DNA from: Deltaproteobacteria bacterium
GTDB lineage: Bacteria > Myxococcota > Kuafuiibacteriia > Kuafuiibacteriales > Kuafuiibacteriaceae
NCBI GenBank assembly: GCA_040218735.1
Contig: JAVJQW010000023.1
Location: 576,001-640,000 of the forward strand
Length of the DNA: 64,000 nt
Reading direction: 5' to 3'
Positions 1 through 9,478 of this stretch are shown piece by piece; position 1 is the stretch's first letter, and every line of letters begins with the position of its first letter. Under the pieces are notes generated by a model, which was given only the letters and a program-made list of their open reading frames with translations, was not told the origin of the DNA and searched no databases. The position numbers were made by a program, and so were the translations under genes.

Positions 1-1218
1 GACGGCCCTCGCAACGCCGTTCGAGCCACTCAGAGCACGCTGCGCGTCGAGGGTCTGCCAGCGCTGCCGCATGCGCCACAGCGTCGTGCGGTGAATGCCC
101 AAGGCTTCGGCCGCGCGCTTCACGCTCCCGTGCACCGCGAGCGCGCGCTCCACGGCGCTTCGTTCGAGCGCGTCCAAAGGTGCCGACGTTCTCGGTGCCG
201 TCGTCGGTGTGTCGGCCGCGCTGCGGAGCTCCGGTGCGAGCGCGCAGAGCTGCGTCGCGGTGAGCACCGGGCCCGCAGAGATCGACATGACGCGGTCGAC
301 GATGTTCTTCAGCTCGCGCACGTTCCCGGGCCAGTCGTGCTCACACAGCGCTGCGCGCGCGCACGGCGCGAGCGAGACCTCGCCGGCGCGGTCGTGGGCC
401 GCGATGAACCGGTCGATGAGCTCAGCGAGATCGTTGGGGCGGCAGCCGAGCGCCGGGACGTCCAAACGGAAGGTGGAGAGGCGGTAGTAGAGGTCCGCGC
501 GGAACCGCTGCGTGGCGCTCTCTTCGAGGAGGTTGCGGTTCGTCGCGGAGACGACGCGGACGTCGACCGGGGTCGGGGTCGCCGCGCCGACCGGTTGGAC
601 CTGCCCGGTCTCCAACACCCGAAGGAGCTTCGCCTGCATTGCCGGCTCGAGCTCTCCGACCTCGTCGAGGAACAACGTCCCGCCGGCGGCCTCCCGAAAC
701 GCGCCGAGCGTGTCCTGGTCGGCGCCCGTGAAGGCGCCGCGTCGGTGCCCGAACAGCAGGCTCTCGGCGAGGTGCGGACTGATCGCTGCGCCATTCACGG
801 CGATGAACTTGCCCGTACGACGCGAGCGGTCGTGCAGGCGTTTCGCGAGGAGCTCCTTGCCGACGCCCGTCGGGCCCGCGATCAGCACACTCCCCGGGCG
901 CGGTGCGATGCGTTCGGCGACGCGCAGCGCTTCGCGCATCGGCGGATCGACCGCGACGATCGGGTCGCGGCGACGCGCGAGCCGCGCCCCCGCCACGGAC
1001 CGGAGCTCCGCGGTCGAAAACGGGATGGTGAGGTCGCGGCCGATGATCAAGACCCGCGAAGGCGTAGGTTGTGGCTCGTCGCCGTCGACGACGACGAGAT
1101 CGGCCTCCTCCTTCGCGGCGATCCGCCACGATGGCGCCGAGCGCTGCAGGACGGCGGCGATCGCGCACCCGAGCGGGCCCTCGAAGTCGACGCAGACCGA
1201 GGGGGCGACGAGGCTCAT
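1..1218 (-). CDS. Sigma54-dependent transcriptional activator (bEBP: AAA+ plus Fis-type HTH); 3' end runs off the window
   Basis: Not in the ORF track because it has no stop inside the window. My translation from ATG 1218 (ATGA overlap with the upstream gene) gives Walker A GPTGVGKELLA, the LFGHRRGAFTGA loop, Walker B LFLDEVGEL and C-terminal HTH KRAAEALGIHRTTLWR. The N-terminus is at most a degenerate receiver-like region. Confidence 0.9.
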   Translation of the reverse strand, partial: MSLVAPSVCVDFEGPLGCAIAAVLQRSAPSWRIAAKEEADLVVVDGDEPQPTPSRVLIIGRDLTIPFSTAELRSVAGARLARRRDPIVAVDPPMREALRVAERIAPRPGSVLIAGPTGVGKELLAKRLHDRSRRTGKFIAVNGAAISPHLAESLLFGHRRGAFTGADQDTLGAFREAAGGTLFLDEVGELEPAMQAKLLRVLETGQVQPVGAATPTPVDVRVVSATNRNLLEESATQRFRADLYYRLSTFRLDVPALGCRPNDLAELIDRFIAAHDRAGEVSLAPCARAALCEHDWPGNVRELKNIVDRVMSISAGPVLTATQLCALAPELRSAADTPTTAPRTSAPLDALERSAVERALAVHGSVKRAAEALGIHRTTLWRMRQRWQTLDAQRALSGSNGVARAV

Positions 1219-1838
1219 CGCGCGACCTCCAGCTCGATGCGAACGACGACGCGGCCCTCACGGAGCTCGACGGTCAGCGAGCGCTGCTGACTCGAAAGGG
1301 CCGCCGCGATCGGCTCGACCTGTGTTCGCACGGAGATCGCGTCGCCCTCCGCCAGACCCGAGGGGTGTGAGCGCTCCATCTCGAGGCCGTCGATGTCGTC
1401 CGATGAGCGGCGAAATGCGAGCACGCCACCGCTTCCGCCCACACGACAGAGCACGCCGACTACGGCTGCGACCGCGGCGCGATCGCGATCGCGATCGCAC
1501 CGGGCGTCGCTGAGCGCATCGAGCTCATCGATGACGTGAATCTCGGTCCGCTCCAGGTACGTAGCGAGCGGTGCGATGGTCTCCCTCACGAGGCGAGGTG
1601 CGGCGACCGAGGTGGGTGCGCCGATCTGCTCGCTGACCTCGGCGACGAGTGATTTAGCAGCAGACGCACAATGACTAATCTCATCGTCGAGGGCGATCAC
1701 GACAGCGACGAAGTCATCGTGGGACGAGGACAAGGCTTCGCGCACTAGCTGAACACGGAGTCGAGCCGCGGCCAGACGATGAAGGAGAGCAACGGTCTGA
1801 GCGTGTACGTTCGACCACGCCGCTTCCTCACGAAACAC
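1215..1838 (-). CDS. Hypothetical protein, possibly a degenerate histidine-kinase-like partner of the sigma54 activator
   Basis: ORF 1215..1871; GTG at 1838 follows a GGAAGGGGGA RBS. Helical N-half and HATPase-like tail (LTVELREGRVVVRIELEV), but no clear H, N or G boxes. Translationally coupled to the activator. Confidence 0.45.
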   Translation of the reverse strand: MFREEAAWSNVHAQTVALLHRLAAARLRVQLVREALSSSHDDFVAVVIALDDEISHCASAAKSLVAEVSEQIGAPTSVAAPRLVRETIAPLATYLERTEIHVIDELDALSDARCDRDRDRAAVAAVVGVLCRVGGSGGVLAFRRSSDDIDGLEMERSHPSGLAEGDAISVRTQVEPIAAALSSQQRSLTVELREGRVVVRIELEVAR

Positions 1839-1913
1839 AAGTCCCCCTTCCCCGCTCGACTGGCGGCCCAAGCGCCGTCGCGACCGCGCCAGGCATTGGG
1901 TCTACGATCGTGG

Positions 1914-1951
1914 TGTGTCGGATCTGACACAGAAATCGAATGCGATTCGAT
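1914..1951. promoter_or_regulatory. Two adjacent inverted repeats (operator-like) in a divergent intergenic region
   Basis: TGTGTC-GGATCT-GACACA (1914-1931) and ATCGAAT-GCG-ATTCGAT (1935-1951), between the divergent starts at 1838 and 2023. Confidence 0.4.
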
Positions 1952-2022
1952 CACGTCGGAAGTGAGTCTTCGCGGGCGATACGCTCGGCGATTCGTAGGT
2001 GATTCGTGATAGTTTGGTGAGC

Positions 2023-2454
2023 ATGGCCGAGCTCGTCGCGGTGCAAGGAGCGACCGTCAAGCTGTCCCCCGTCGTGAAGTCGTTGAGTATCTCGGTCGAC
2101 ACACACGTACTGAGCATCGTGACCTCCGGCCCGCTCGCGACGGTCGACGATCTGGAGATCCTCCTCGAGAAGGACGTAGACTCGTCGTTCGCGACGTACG
2201 TGACGCCGTACGACAACGCGGCCTATGTCGGCGGCGTGCTCAAGTACTCCAAGCTGACGGTGATCGAACAGCTGTCGACGATCACAACGAAGGACGGCGA
2301 TCCCATCGTCCTCAAGAAGACGACCGGCAAGATATCTTGCTCGGTGACCAAGCCGGCGCAGGATCCCGCGCAAGGCACACCGGACCCCGTTGCTACCTAT
2401 GACTTGGAGATCGAGTTCACGGATGTGAGTCAGTCGATTCTCACGAGCGACTGA
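2023..2454 (+). CDS. CIS spike-tip protein (Afp10/Pvc10, PAAR-like)
   Basis: 143 aa. The pattern YVTP...GGVLK...QLSTITTKDGDPIVLK...SVTKPAQDP...PDPVATY parallels Afp10/Pvc10 spike-tip proteins as I recall them. No other PAAR gene in the operon. Confidence 0.65.
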   Translation: MAELVAVQGATVKLSPVVKSLSISVDTHVLSIVTSGPLATVDDLEILLEKDVDSSFATYVTPYDNAAYVGGVLKYSKLTVIEQLSTITTKDGDPIVLKKTTGKISCSVTKPAQDPAQGTPDPVATYDLEIEFTDVSQSILTSD

Positions 2455-3562
2455 ATTCTTCCGCCTGGGCGATCAAACTCACAGCGAGCGCCGAGACCTC
2501 CGCGGCCGGATCCATCGTCGCGGCCTGAAGGATCTGCAGCACCTGCGGATCAGCGTAGGTTTGCGGCGGCCGCCAGTGCATCAGCCCCAAACCCATCACG
2601 GCGCGGAGCCGACGCACCGGGTCACGCGCGTGGACCGCCGTGAGTTTGAGGAGGAGGACGGGGAGCACCGGCAGCCGCCGGCTCAACGTCCACGCTAGGC
2701 CCGAGGCCTCGGGTCCCGACAGACTCACCGTTCCGATGCCGAACCTGCGGTCGACGAGCGCTTCGATCGCGGTCGCGTCCAAGCGCATTTGCGCGCCGGC
2801 GACGTGGGTGCGGTCGGTGCGCTCCACGAGCTCGACGCCGGGCACCTCCAGGGTGATCTGCAGGATGTGCTCCGCGACCTCGGGTGCGAGCATGGGGAGC
2901 ACGACCTCCTCCTCCGACGCGGACGGGTCGAGGAACTCGGTCCAGTTGTCGATGAGCCCCTCCTCATCGCCGTCCTCTTCCCACGTGTCTTCGAGGACCG
3001 CGGTGAGGACGTCTCGCACGGCGCCGTGGGTTGGGTCGTCCGCGAGCGCTTGCACGCGCGCGCGGCCGTCGGGGGGAGGCTCCGACAGGAGCGCCAACAT
3101 CGCGCCCGACACCGTGAGATCGACGTCCCCCGTCGCCACCGCTGCTTCGACGGAGCGCCGGGCTTCGTCGTCCCAGAAGATCCCGTGCACCGGGTCCATG
3201 TACAGCGACGTCAGCGTGTCGAGCGCATCCAAGCGCGCCTCGGGGTCGGCCTGCGCGTTTCGGGCGTCGAGGTGCACCAGCGGCGTCGGGACGAGGTGCA
3301 GACGCTCGGCGATCTGAAACGCCGCGTCGACCGCGGTGGGGCCCGACACGTCCGCGACGCAGATCCCTCGGGCACCGGCGACGAGCGTGACCTCCGCGTC
3401 GCGGTCGTCACCCGAGAGTTGAAACGTCGCGCTGGGGCGTTCGTCGTCTTCCTCTTCGCCGTCGAGCTGCTCACCGTCGAGCTGTCCGGTGATTCGTGAG
3501 ACGAGCGCGTCGAAGTCACCGCCGTCGAAAAACGCGAGGCGCAGGGAGTCCGGCGGAATCAC
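2441..3562 (-). CDS. Acidic, internally duplicated protein with HEAT-like helices; candidate immunity protein or chaperone for the upstream effector
   Basis: GTGA overlap with the 1334-aa gene. Two similar halves (VSGPTAVDAAFQIAERLHLVP / LSGPEASGLAWTLSRRLPVLP), each followed by DPxxRLxA. Confidence 0.6.
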   Translation of the reverse strand: MIPPDSLRLAFFDGGDFDALVSRITGQLDGEQLDGEEEDDERPSATFQLSGDDRDAEVTLVAGARGICVADVSGPTAVDAAFQIAERLHLVPTPLVHLDARNAQADPEARLDALDTLTSLYMDPVHGIFWDDEARRSVEAAVATGDVDLTVSGAMLALLSEPPPDGRARVQALADDPTHGAVRDVLTAVLEDTWEEDGDEEGLIDNWTEFLDPSASEEEVVLPMLAPEVAEHILQITLEVPGVELVERTDRTHVAGAQMRLDATAIEALVDRRFGIGTVSLSGPEASGLAWTLSRRLPVLPVLLLKLTAVHARDPVRRLRAVMGLGLMHWRPPQTYADPQVLQILQAATMDPAAEVSALAVSLIAQAEEFSRS

Positions 3563-6500
3563 GATTGAGACTCATACTTCTTCTTGAGGGCCCGCTCTAG
3601 CTCGAGGATGTGTTTGTGCATCTGGTCGGGGAGGACGACGACGTTCTGCCCCAACTCCTTCTCGAGCTGCAGCCCGTGTTTCTTCACGAGTTTTCGCGCC
3701 GCCTCCGTCATGATCGCCGCACTGCGTCTCTCGTGCTTGGAGACGAACTGCTTCATGACGTGCGGCAGGACCGACGTCTGGAACACCTTGACGAGGTCGG
3801 GGCCCGACTCGGCGTTGGCGATATTCTCCAGCACGAGCTCCCACGCGCTGCCTTCACGGCTGAACTCGACGTGGATCAGCGTCTCCAGGCGCTCGACCAT
3901 GAGGTTGAAGGACTGGTCTTCCTGTACCCTCCCCTTCAAGGTTACGTCGATCTCTCCGTCGATCTGAATTGGGTGCCCTTGGAGCCGCTTCCTGAGCTTC
4001 TCCGCCTGAACCTTGGAGAGCTTGGCCAAGGTCGCGTTGATGTCGTCGTACGTGCCGATGCCTGCGACTTCCTCGGCCTTGCTGTCGACGACCGTGACTG
4101 CGCTCTTGGGCACGTCCGTCGCGCCGGTGAGGCCCTCCACGGGTAGCTTCGGCTTCTCACGGAGTTGGCCTTTGTCATTCCGCGTCCCGGTGGCGGCCAA
4201 GGCCTTCCGGCGCGTCCTCTCGATCATGTGTCGAGCCTTCGCGGCTGTGCGGTAGCGCTTTCCTTTCGGAGCCGACTTCGAGATCTGCGTGACCACGTTG
4301 TCGACCGCCCGCTGGAGGATCTTACCCAAGCTCACGACCGTGTAGGCCGCCATGATGTTCACGCCGGGCACCAGCGCGCCGAAGTGGTCCGTGACCTCCT
4401 TGAGAGTCGGAGCACCCTTCTTGCCGCTGACGAGGGCGTGCGCCTCCCGGTCCACCTGAGCCGCCTTCTCTCGCACCTTGGCGGCCCCGTTCGCGACGGT
4501 ATCCGCCTTGATCAGAGCCTTCTGCCTGCGTGCGATCGTCTCGAACCGCTTCGCGGTCGTCGTGAGCCGGTTCGGGCTCTTCGTAGCGCTCACGACTCCG
4601 CGTTGCCCGCTGATCATGACGTGCGTCGAGCGCTTCGTCTTTCTGAACGAGAGCTCCCCGGCCTTGTACTTGGCGCGGAGCGGGAGCTCCGTCGCGCCGG
4701 GGTGTTCGCCGAAGTAGCGGTAGATCGTGGAGAGCACGTACGCGAGGCTCTGCTGGCGGCGCACGAGGTCTTTCTGATAACGCCCCCGAGCTGCGCCCTC
4801 CGCCGTGCGGAACGCACGTACCGTGGCGTCGGCCGTATCGTCCGCGAGAATGACGAGGCGCTTGGCCTTCTTGATCTCGGCGCGCGCCTTCGACCGCCGA
4901 GACACATCGTGAATCTCGTCGAGCCGCGCCGTGAACTGGTCGAGTCGCGCCCGCACCTCCATCGGGTACGACGCGACCATCGGCACCGCGTCGTCGCCGC
5001 GACGCACGAAGTACATCTTGTGGTCACCGCCGGGCGCCGGCACCGGGACGACTTCGCCGATCGCCGAGTTCTCCTTCGCCGGCGACTCACCCGGCTTCGC
5101 GAGGCCGATCTTCGTCGCGATCCACGCGATCGCCTTGTCCAGGGCCCGGTCGACCATCGCCTGCAGGCCGCCAACGATCTGCTTCACCTTGTCGGGGAGT
5201 CCGCCGAGGCCGAGGATCTTCGCGAGCAGGTCGATCACGATCGGGACGAGCTTCGCCAGCGCTTGCTCGATGAGGTTCGCGGCGGCGCCGATCGCCCCGG
5301 ACATGATGCTCGCCGCACCGGTGACGACGGCGTCGATCAGCGAGAAGATCTTCGCCGCGTTGTCGATGATCCAGCTGACCACCTTGTAGATCATCTCGAC
5401 GGCCTGGATGATCGCACCCACAGGGTTGAACATCGCGATCAGCCGCGCGGTGGCGACCTTCACAATCGTCGTCACGATGTAGTCCTTGATCGCGGCCATC
5501 ACCGTGTTGACGATCGTCTCGGGGTTGATCTTGTCCTGGAGGAGCTTCCAGAGGCCCTCCCAGCCCTCCTTCATCAGGATGGTTACGAACTCGAGCGCCA
5601 TCTCGATGCGCCGCATGTTCTTCTCACCGATGTATTTGACGAGCTTCGTGCGAATGCGCGGCCAGCTGATGCCGAGGATCTGAAGAATCAACTTCAGCAC
5701 GGCCTTGACCGAGAACTCCGTCGGTACCTCGACCCCGACGTCTTTGAGCTTCGACGTCAGCCACTCGAGGAGGCCCTTGATCAGGTGCTTTCCGATGTTC
5801 GCCTTGAACTGCTCGAAACCCTTCTTCAGCGCCTTCACCACGTTGTTCGCGAACTTCTTGGGTTTGTCCGCAATCTTGTCGACCACGGCGGCGAACCGCC
5901 GGACCAGGCCCCAGAACGTCGGCGGCGGAATACCGAGGATCCGCAGGAGTCCGTTGACCATCGCGCGCAGCGGGTCGTCCATGAACTCACTCACGAAGTC
6001 GGCGAACTTCTGGAAGAGGCCCTTCGACATCTCCCGGAGCTTGGTGATCTTCGCCCTCTTCTCGGCGACGGTGCGCTTCAGACGGTTTCCGAGCTGCTTG
6101 TTGAAGTCCTTCCGCGTGTTCTCTACGTCCGTCTCCAGCTTCTTGAACTTCTTGTCGAACTTCGCCTGCTGCTCCAGGACGAAGTTCTCCATCCCCTTCG
6201 GTACCTTGGAGAGCTCGGTCTTGATCTTCGTGCGGGCGTCCTTGATGAGTTTGCGGCACGTCTTGATGACCCCGCGAACCCACGAGCTGATCGTGAGCGC
6301 GAGCTTGGACGCGCCGTTGACGAAGTCCTGCTCCGCGCGCTCGTAGAGCCGCACGATCCAACCCGGCAGCCCCACGAAGAAGTCGCGAATGCTGGAGAGC
6401 GTCGAGTCCTTGCGCTTCTTGATGTGTTTGTCGACGCGCTTCAGCGTGCGCTCGAAGTTCTCGCTGAGCGGTTTGATGCCGTCGTCCCACTGCTTGAGAG

Positions 6501-7563
6501 CGCTCGGCACGAGCGCCTCGAGCTTCGGCTTCACCTGCGTTTCGGCCTCCGCGAAGATGCCGTCGAGCTTCTTGCCGAGGGCGTCGCGCAGCTTCTCCTC
6601 CTCCGTCTTGAACGTCTTCTTGTCCTGGTCGACCGCGGGGATCTGGGACGCGCGCGCCTCCAGCATGCGCTTCCGTGCTTCCTTCTCCGCCTTCGCAAAC
6701 GACGCGCTCGCGCCCGCACGCAGCTGCTTGTCGGTCTTGAGAACCGCCTTGGGCCCCTGCTTCGCGAGGTCACCGAACTGCGACTGTGCAGCCCGCGCGT
6801 TCGCCACCGGTCCGTCCTTCACGAGCGGCGCCATCTCGTGGTCGAGCTTGGCGTCCTTCGCCTTGGTGTTCAGCTTCGTCTGGTGGGCCGTGAGGGAGAC
6901 GTCGGCCTCCCGCACGGGGTCGGGCGTCGCCGTCTGCGCGTCGATCGCGGGGGTCTTCGGGGCGGCGTCGTGCGCGGTCAGCGGCGTGACCTTCTTCTTG
7001 CTCTGAACGCTGGGCCGCGCCTTGACCGCGCGCTGGTAGCTCGTCTGGGTCTTCGAAACCTCGACGTCGATGTCGTTGTTGAGCTCCTTCCCGGCCGCCT
7101 TCGCCATCTCCTTGGGGTCCGCCTTGCCGAGGTCGTCCTCGTCGGCGGGGCGCTTCAGCCACATCGCGATCTTCAGGCGCATCACCAGGGCTTGAATCTC
7201 GGGATCCGGTGGCTCGTGTTTCTCGATCGTCTCCGCGTGGCCTTCGAGGGCCCGCCCGTCGACCTCCTTCTTCGGTTCGACGACCGCCGCCCGCGATGCG
7301 GCGACGGAGGTCTTCGTCGTCTCGTGGGACCCCTCGGCGATGCGTTTCTGATCCGCGCGGTGTTTGACGGATTCGACGCGCTTGCGCTCTCGCGCGGAGA
7401 GTCGCGTCGGATCCCGCTTCGGCTTCTTCTTCTTCGCGACGACCTTCCGCTTGGGGGGTCGGCTCGCCGACTTGTCCCGGCCGCGCGCCGGTGCCTTCGG
7501 CTTGGCCGCACGCTTCGGCGTGTCCTTCTTGGCGGCGCTCGGAGCCTTGGCTGACGCTCTCAT
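3559..7563 (-). CDS. Large eCIS-associated protein, candidate effector (Lys-rich leader, coiled coil, amphipathic/hydrophobic helical domain, variable C-terminus)
   Basis: 1334 aa directly after the ATPase gene. Central region (ILQILGISWPRIR...FNPVGAIIQAVEMIY...LAKILGLGG) resembles the helical domain common in eCIS-linked DUF4157-family proteins. Confidence 0.75.
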   Translation of the reverse strand: MRASAKAPSAAKKDTPKRAAKPKAPARGRDKSASRPPKRKVVAKKKKPKRDPTRLSARERKRVESVKHRADQKRIAEGSHETTKTSVAASRAAVVEPKKEVDGRALEGHAETIEKHEPPDPEIQALVMRLKIAMWLKRPADEDDLGKADPKEMAKAAGKELNNDIDVEVSKTQTSYQRAVKARPSVQSKKKVTPLTAHDAAPKTPAIDAQTATPDPVREADVSLTAHQTKLNTKAKDAKLDHEMAPLVKDGPVANARAAQSQFGDLAKQGPKAVLKTDKQLRAGASASFAKAEKEARKRMLEARASQIPAVDQDKKTFKTEEEKLRDALGKKLDGIFAEAETQVKPKLEALVPSALKQWDDGIKPLSENFERTLKRVDKHIKKRKDSTLSSIRDFFVGLPGWIVRLYERAEQDFVNGASKLALTISSWVRGVIKTCRKLIKDARTKIKTELSKVPKGMENFVLEQQAKFDKKFKKLETDVENTRKDFNKQLGNRLKRTVAEKRAKITKLREMSKGLFQKFADFVSEFMDDPLRAMVNGLLRILGIPPPTFWGLVRRFAAVVDKIADKPKKFANNVVKALKKGFEQFKANIGKHLIKGLLEWLTSKLKDVGVEVPTEFSVKAVLKLILQILGISWPRIRTKLVKYIGEKNMRRIEMALEFVTILMKEGWEGLWKLLQDKINPETIVNTVMAAIKDYIVTTIVKVATARLIAMFNPVGAIIQAVEMIYKVVSWIIDNAAKIFSLIDAVVTGAASIMSGAIGAAANLIEQALAKLVPIVIDLLAKILGLGGLPDKVKQIVGGLQAMVDRALDKAIAWIATKIGLAKPGESPAKENSAIGEVVPVPAPGGDHKMYFVRRGDDAVPMVASYPMEVRARLDQFTARLDEIHDVSRRSKARAEIKKAKRLVILADDTADATVRAFRTAEGAARGRYQKDLVRRQQSLAYVLSTIYRYFGEHPGATELPLRAKYKAGELSFRKTKRSTHVMISGQRGVVSATKSPNRLTTTAKRFETIARRQKALIKADTVANGAAKVREKAAQVDREAHALVSGKKGAPTLKEVTDHFGALVPGVNIMAAYTVVSLGKILQRAVDNVVTQISKSAPKGKRYRTAAKARHMIERTRRKALAATGTRNDKGQLREKPKLPVEGLTGATDVPKSAVTVVDSKAEEVAGIGTYDDINATLAKLSKVQAEKLRKRLQGHPIQIDGEIDVTLKGRVQEDQSFNLMVERLETLIHVEFSREGSAWELVLENIANAESGPDLVKVFQTSVLPHVMKQFVSKHERRSAAIMTEAARKLVKKHGLQLEKELGQNVVVLPDQMHKHILELERALKKKYESQS

Positions 7564-7569
7564 GTCGAA

Positions 7570-9474
7570 TCAGTGCAGCGGCGCCATGAAGGCCTCGAGC
7601 TCCCCGCGGGCGTAGAGGCGGTCCATCTTCTCCAGCTCGCGCGCGATCGCCCGCCCGAGGTGTCGTCGACCGATCGCGACGTCCTCCGCGGCCGCGAGGT
7701 ACGCCGCCTTCGTCACGATGCTCTTGATCGCCCCCCCCGACAGCTCGAACTTCTCCGCGAGCACCTGCACGTCGACGTCCGCGTCCACCGGCGCCTCCGG
7801 GGGGAACGTGATGCTCCAGATTCGTTCGCGCGCCGCGAGGTCCGGCGCGGGGAACTCGACGACGTGGTGGAGCCGGCGCAGGAACGCCTCGTCGATGTTG
7901 GACTTCATGTTCGTCGTCAACACCGCGACGCCCGGGTACTCGTCGAGGCGCTGGAGCAGATAGTTGACCTCCATGTTGGCGTAGCGGTCGGTCGCGGTGC
8001 CGATGCTCGTTCGCTTTCCGAAGAGGCTGTCGGCCTCGTCGAAGACCAACACGGCGGGGGCGCGTTCGACCTCGTCGAAGAGTCGCGAGAGCGCCCGCTC
8101 GCTCTCGCCTACCCACTTCGACACGATCTTGGCCGTGTCGATCCGGAGGAGCGGGAGCCCCAGCGTCGTGGCGACGACTTCCGCCGCGAGTGTCTTGCCG
8201 GTCCCCGACGGCCCGTAGAACAACGACTTCACGCCGCGACCGAGCTGGTGGTGTCGCGCGAAGCCCCACGCCTCGTCGACCTGTTCGCGACGCTCGACCT
8301 GCGCGCACATCGTTCGCAGCGCGTCGACCGCGGGGTCGGGCAACACGATGCGGTCCCAGCCCACGTTGCGCATCCGACGCTCTCCGAAGGTGCGGCGGTG
8401 TTCGTCGGCCTGCAGCCGACACGCCCGATCGATGTCGTCGCCGTCGAACTGCGCGGCGGCCCGTCGGATCTCCTCGGCGCCGAACGTGTAGCGCTCACTC
8501 GCCCACCGCACCCGGTCGTCCTCGGCGTCGAGGCTCGTGTAACCCGCCCAGAGCCGCCGTCGCTCGGCGACACCCAACGCGGCGAGCTCCACGCGAGCCA
8601 ACGGCACTTCACGCAGCGCGTTCGGCAGACGATCGTCCTCCTCGAGGACGACACACAGCGGGACGCCCTCGGGTACTCGATGCAGAGGCCCCGTGACGAG
8701 GAGGCGCGCGTCGAGGATCCTCGCGTCGCGCTCCGCGATCGCCAGCGCGTCCGCCGGTCCGCCCTCGCCCACGTGGAGGTGGAGCAGCGCACGCCCCTCG
8801 TCGCGCGCGATCTGCAGCGCGGCGCGGACCGCGTCCTCGCGGTGCCGACCCCAGAACAGGACGTGACGCCCGCCCACGTGCGCCGTGCGCCGGACGTCGA
8901 CGTCGTCGAGCGGCCGATCCGGCACCACCGTCAGCGACGCGCCGTCCGACTCGAGCGGGGGCATCGCTCCGCTCGCGACGAACGCGACGAGGCGATCGTC
9001 GAGCGCCAAGAGCGCGTCCGGGCCGCTTCGATCCTTGTCGACGACCCCGTAGCGAACGAGTGCCCCTGACCCCGCGAGCGCGCACGCCACGCCCCGAGGG
9101 TCCAGCGCCCACGCGAGCGCAGCGTGGGACGGGCGGTCACGCGCGAGGTCACCGTGGAGGTGCCCAATCAGCTCGCCGATGGCGGGTTCGAGGGACCACG
9201 CGACGAGGAGTCGGAGCACGTCGCGCTCCGACCGCTCCAACGTCAACCCCTCCTCGATCCGCGCGAGCGGGTGCTCCGGCTCGAGCTCGACCTCGCCATC
9301 GAGCAGCACGCGCGCCTCGAACGCCGCGCCATCACGGTCCAGACCACGCGCCCCCCCGGCCTCACACGTCGCGAGCAACGTGTGGAGCTCGTCGTCCGGA
9401 CCGAGGCGTCGTGTGATCGCCTCGTGGAGCGCGCGCGCTGCGAACCGGCGGGTGGTGTCGAGGACCGAAGTCAT
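7570..9474 (-). CDS. eCIS AAA+ ATPase (Afp15/Pvc15 family)
   Basis: GVKSLFYGPSGTGKTLAAE, LVFDEADSLFGKRT, DRYANMEVNYLLQRL, ELSGGAIK. Confidence 0.93.
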   Translation of the reverse strand: MTSVLDTTRRFAARALHEAITRRLGPDDELHTLLATCEAGGARGLDRDGAAFEARVLLDGEVELEPEHPLARIEEGLTLERSERDVLRLLVAWSLEPAIGELIGHLHGDLARDRPSHAALAWALDPRGVACALAGSGALVRYGVVDKDRSGPDALLALDDRLVAFVASGAMPPLESDGASLTVVPDRPLDDVDVRRTAHVGGRHVLFWGRHREDAVRAALQIARDEGRALLHLHVGEGGPADALAIAERDARILDARLLVTGPLHRVPEGVPLCVVLEEDDRLPNALREVPLARVELAALGVAERRRLWAGYTSLDAEDDRVRWASERYTFGAEEIRRAAAQFDGDDIDRACRLQADEHRRTFGERRMRNVGWDRIVLPDPAVDALRTMCAQVERREQVDEAWGFARHHQLGRGVKSLFYGPSGTGKTLAAEVVATTLGLPLLRIDTAKIVSKWVGESERALSRLFDEVERAPAVLVFDEADSLFGKRTSIGTATDRYANMEVNYLLQRLDEYPGVAVLTTNMKSNIDEAFLRRLHHVVEFPAPDLAARERIWSITFPPEAPVDADVDVQVLAEKFELSGGAIKSIVTKAAYLAAAEDVAIGRRHLGRAIARELEKMDRLYARGELEAFMAPLH

Positions 9475-9478
9475 GGCC

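Noticed and set aside
91-1290. 399-aa plus-strand ORF and other long plus-strand ORFs over the eCIS (e.g. 4165-7554, 10801-13923, 26683-29079)
   Set aside because: Antisense shadows of high-GC minus-strand genes that carry clear family motifs.
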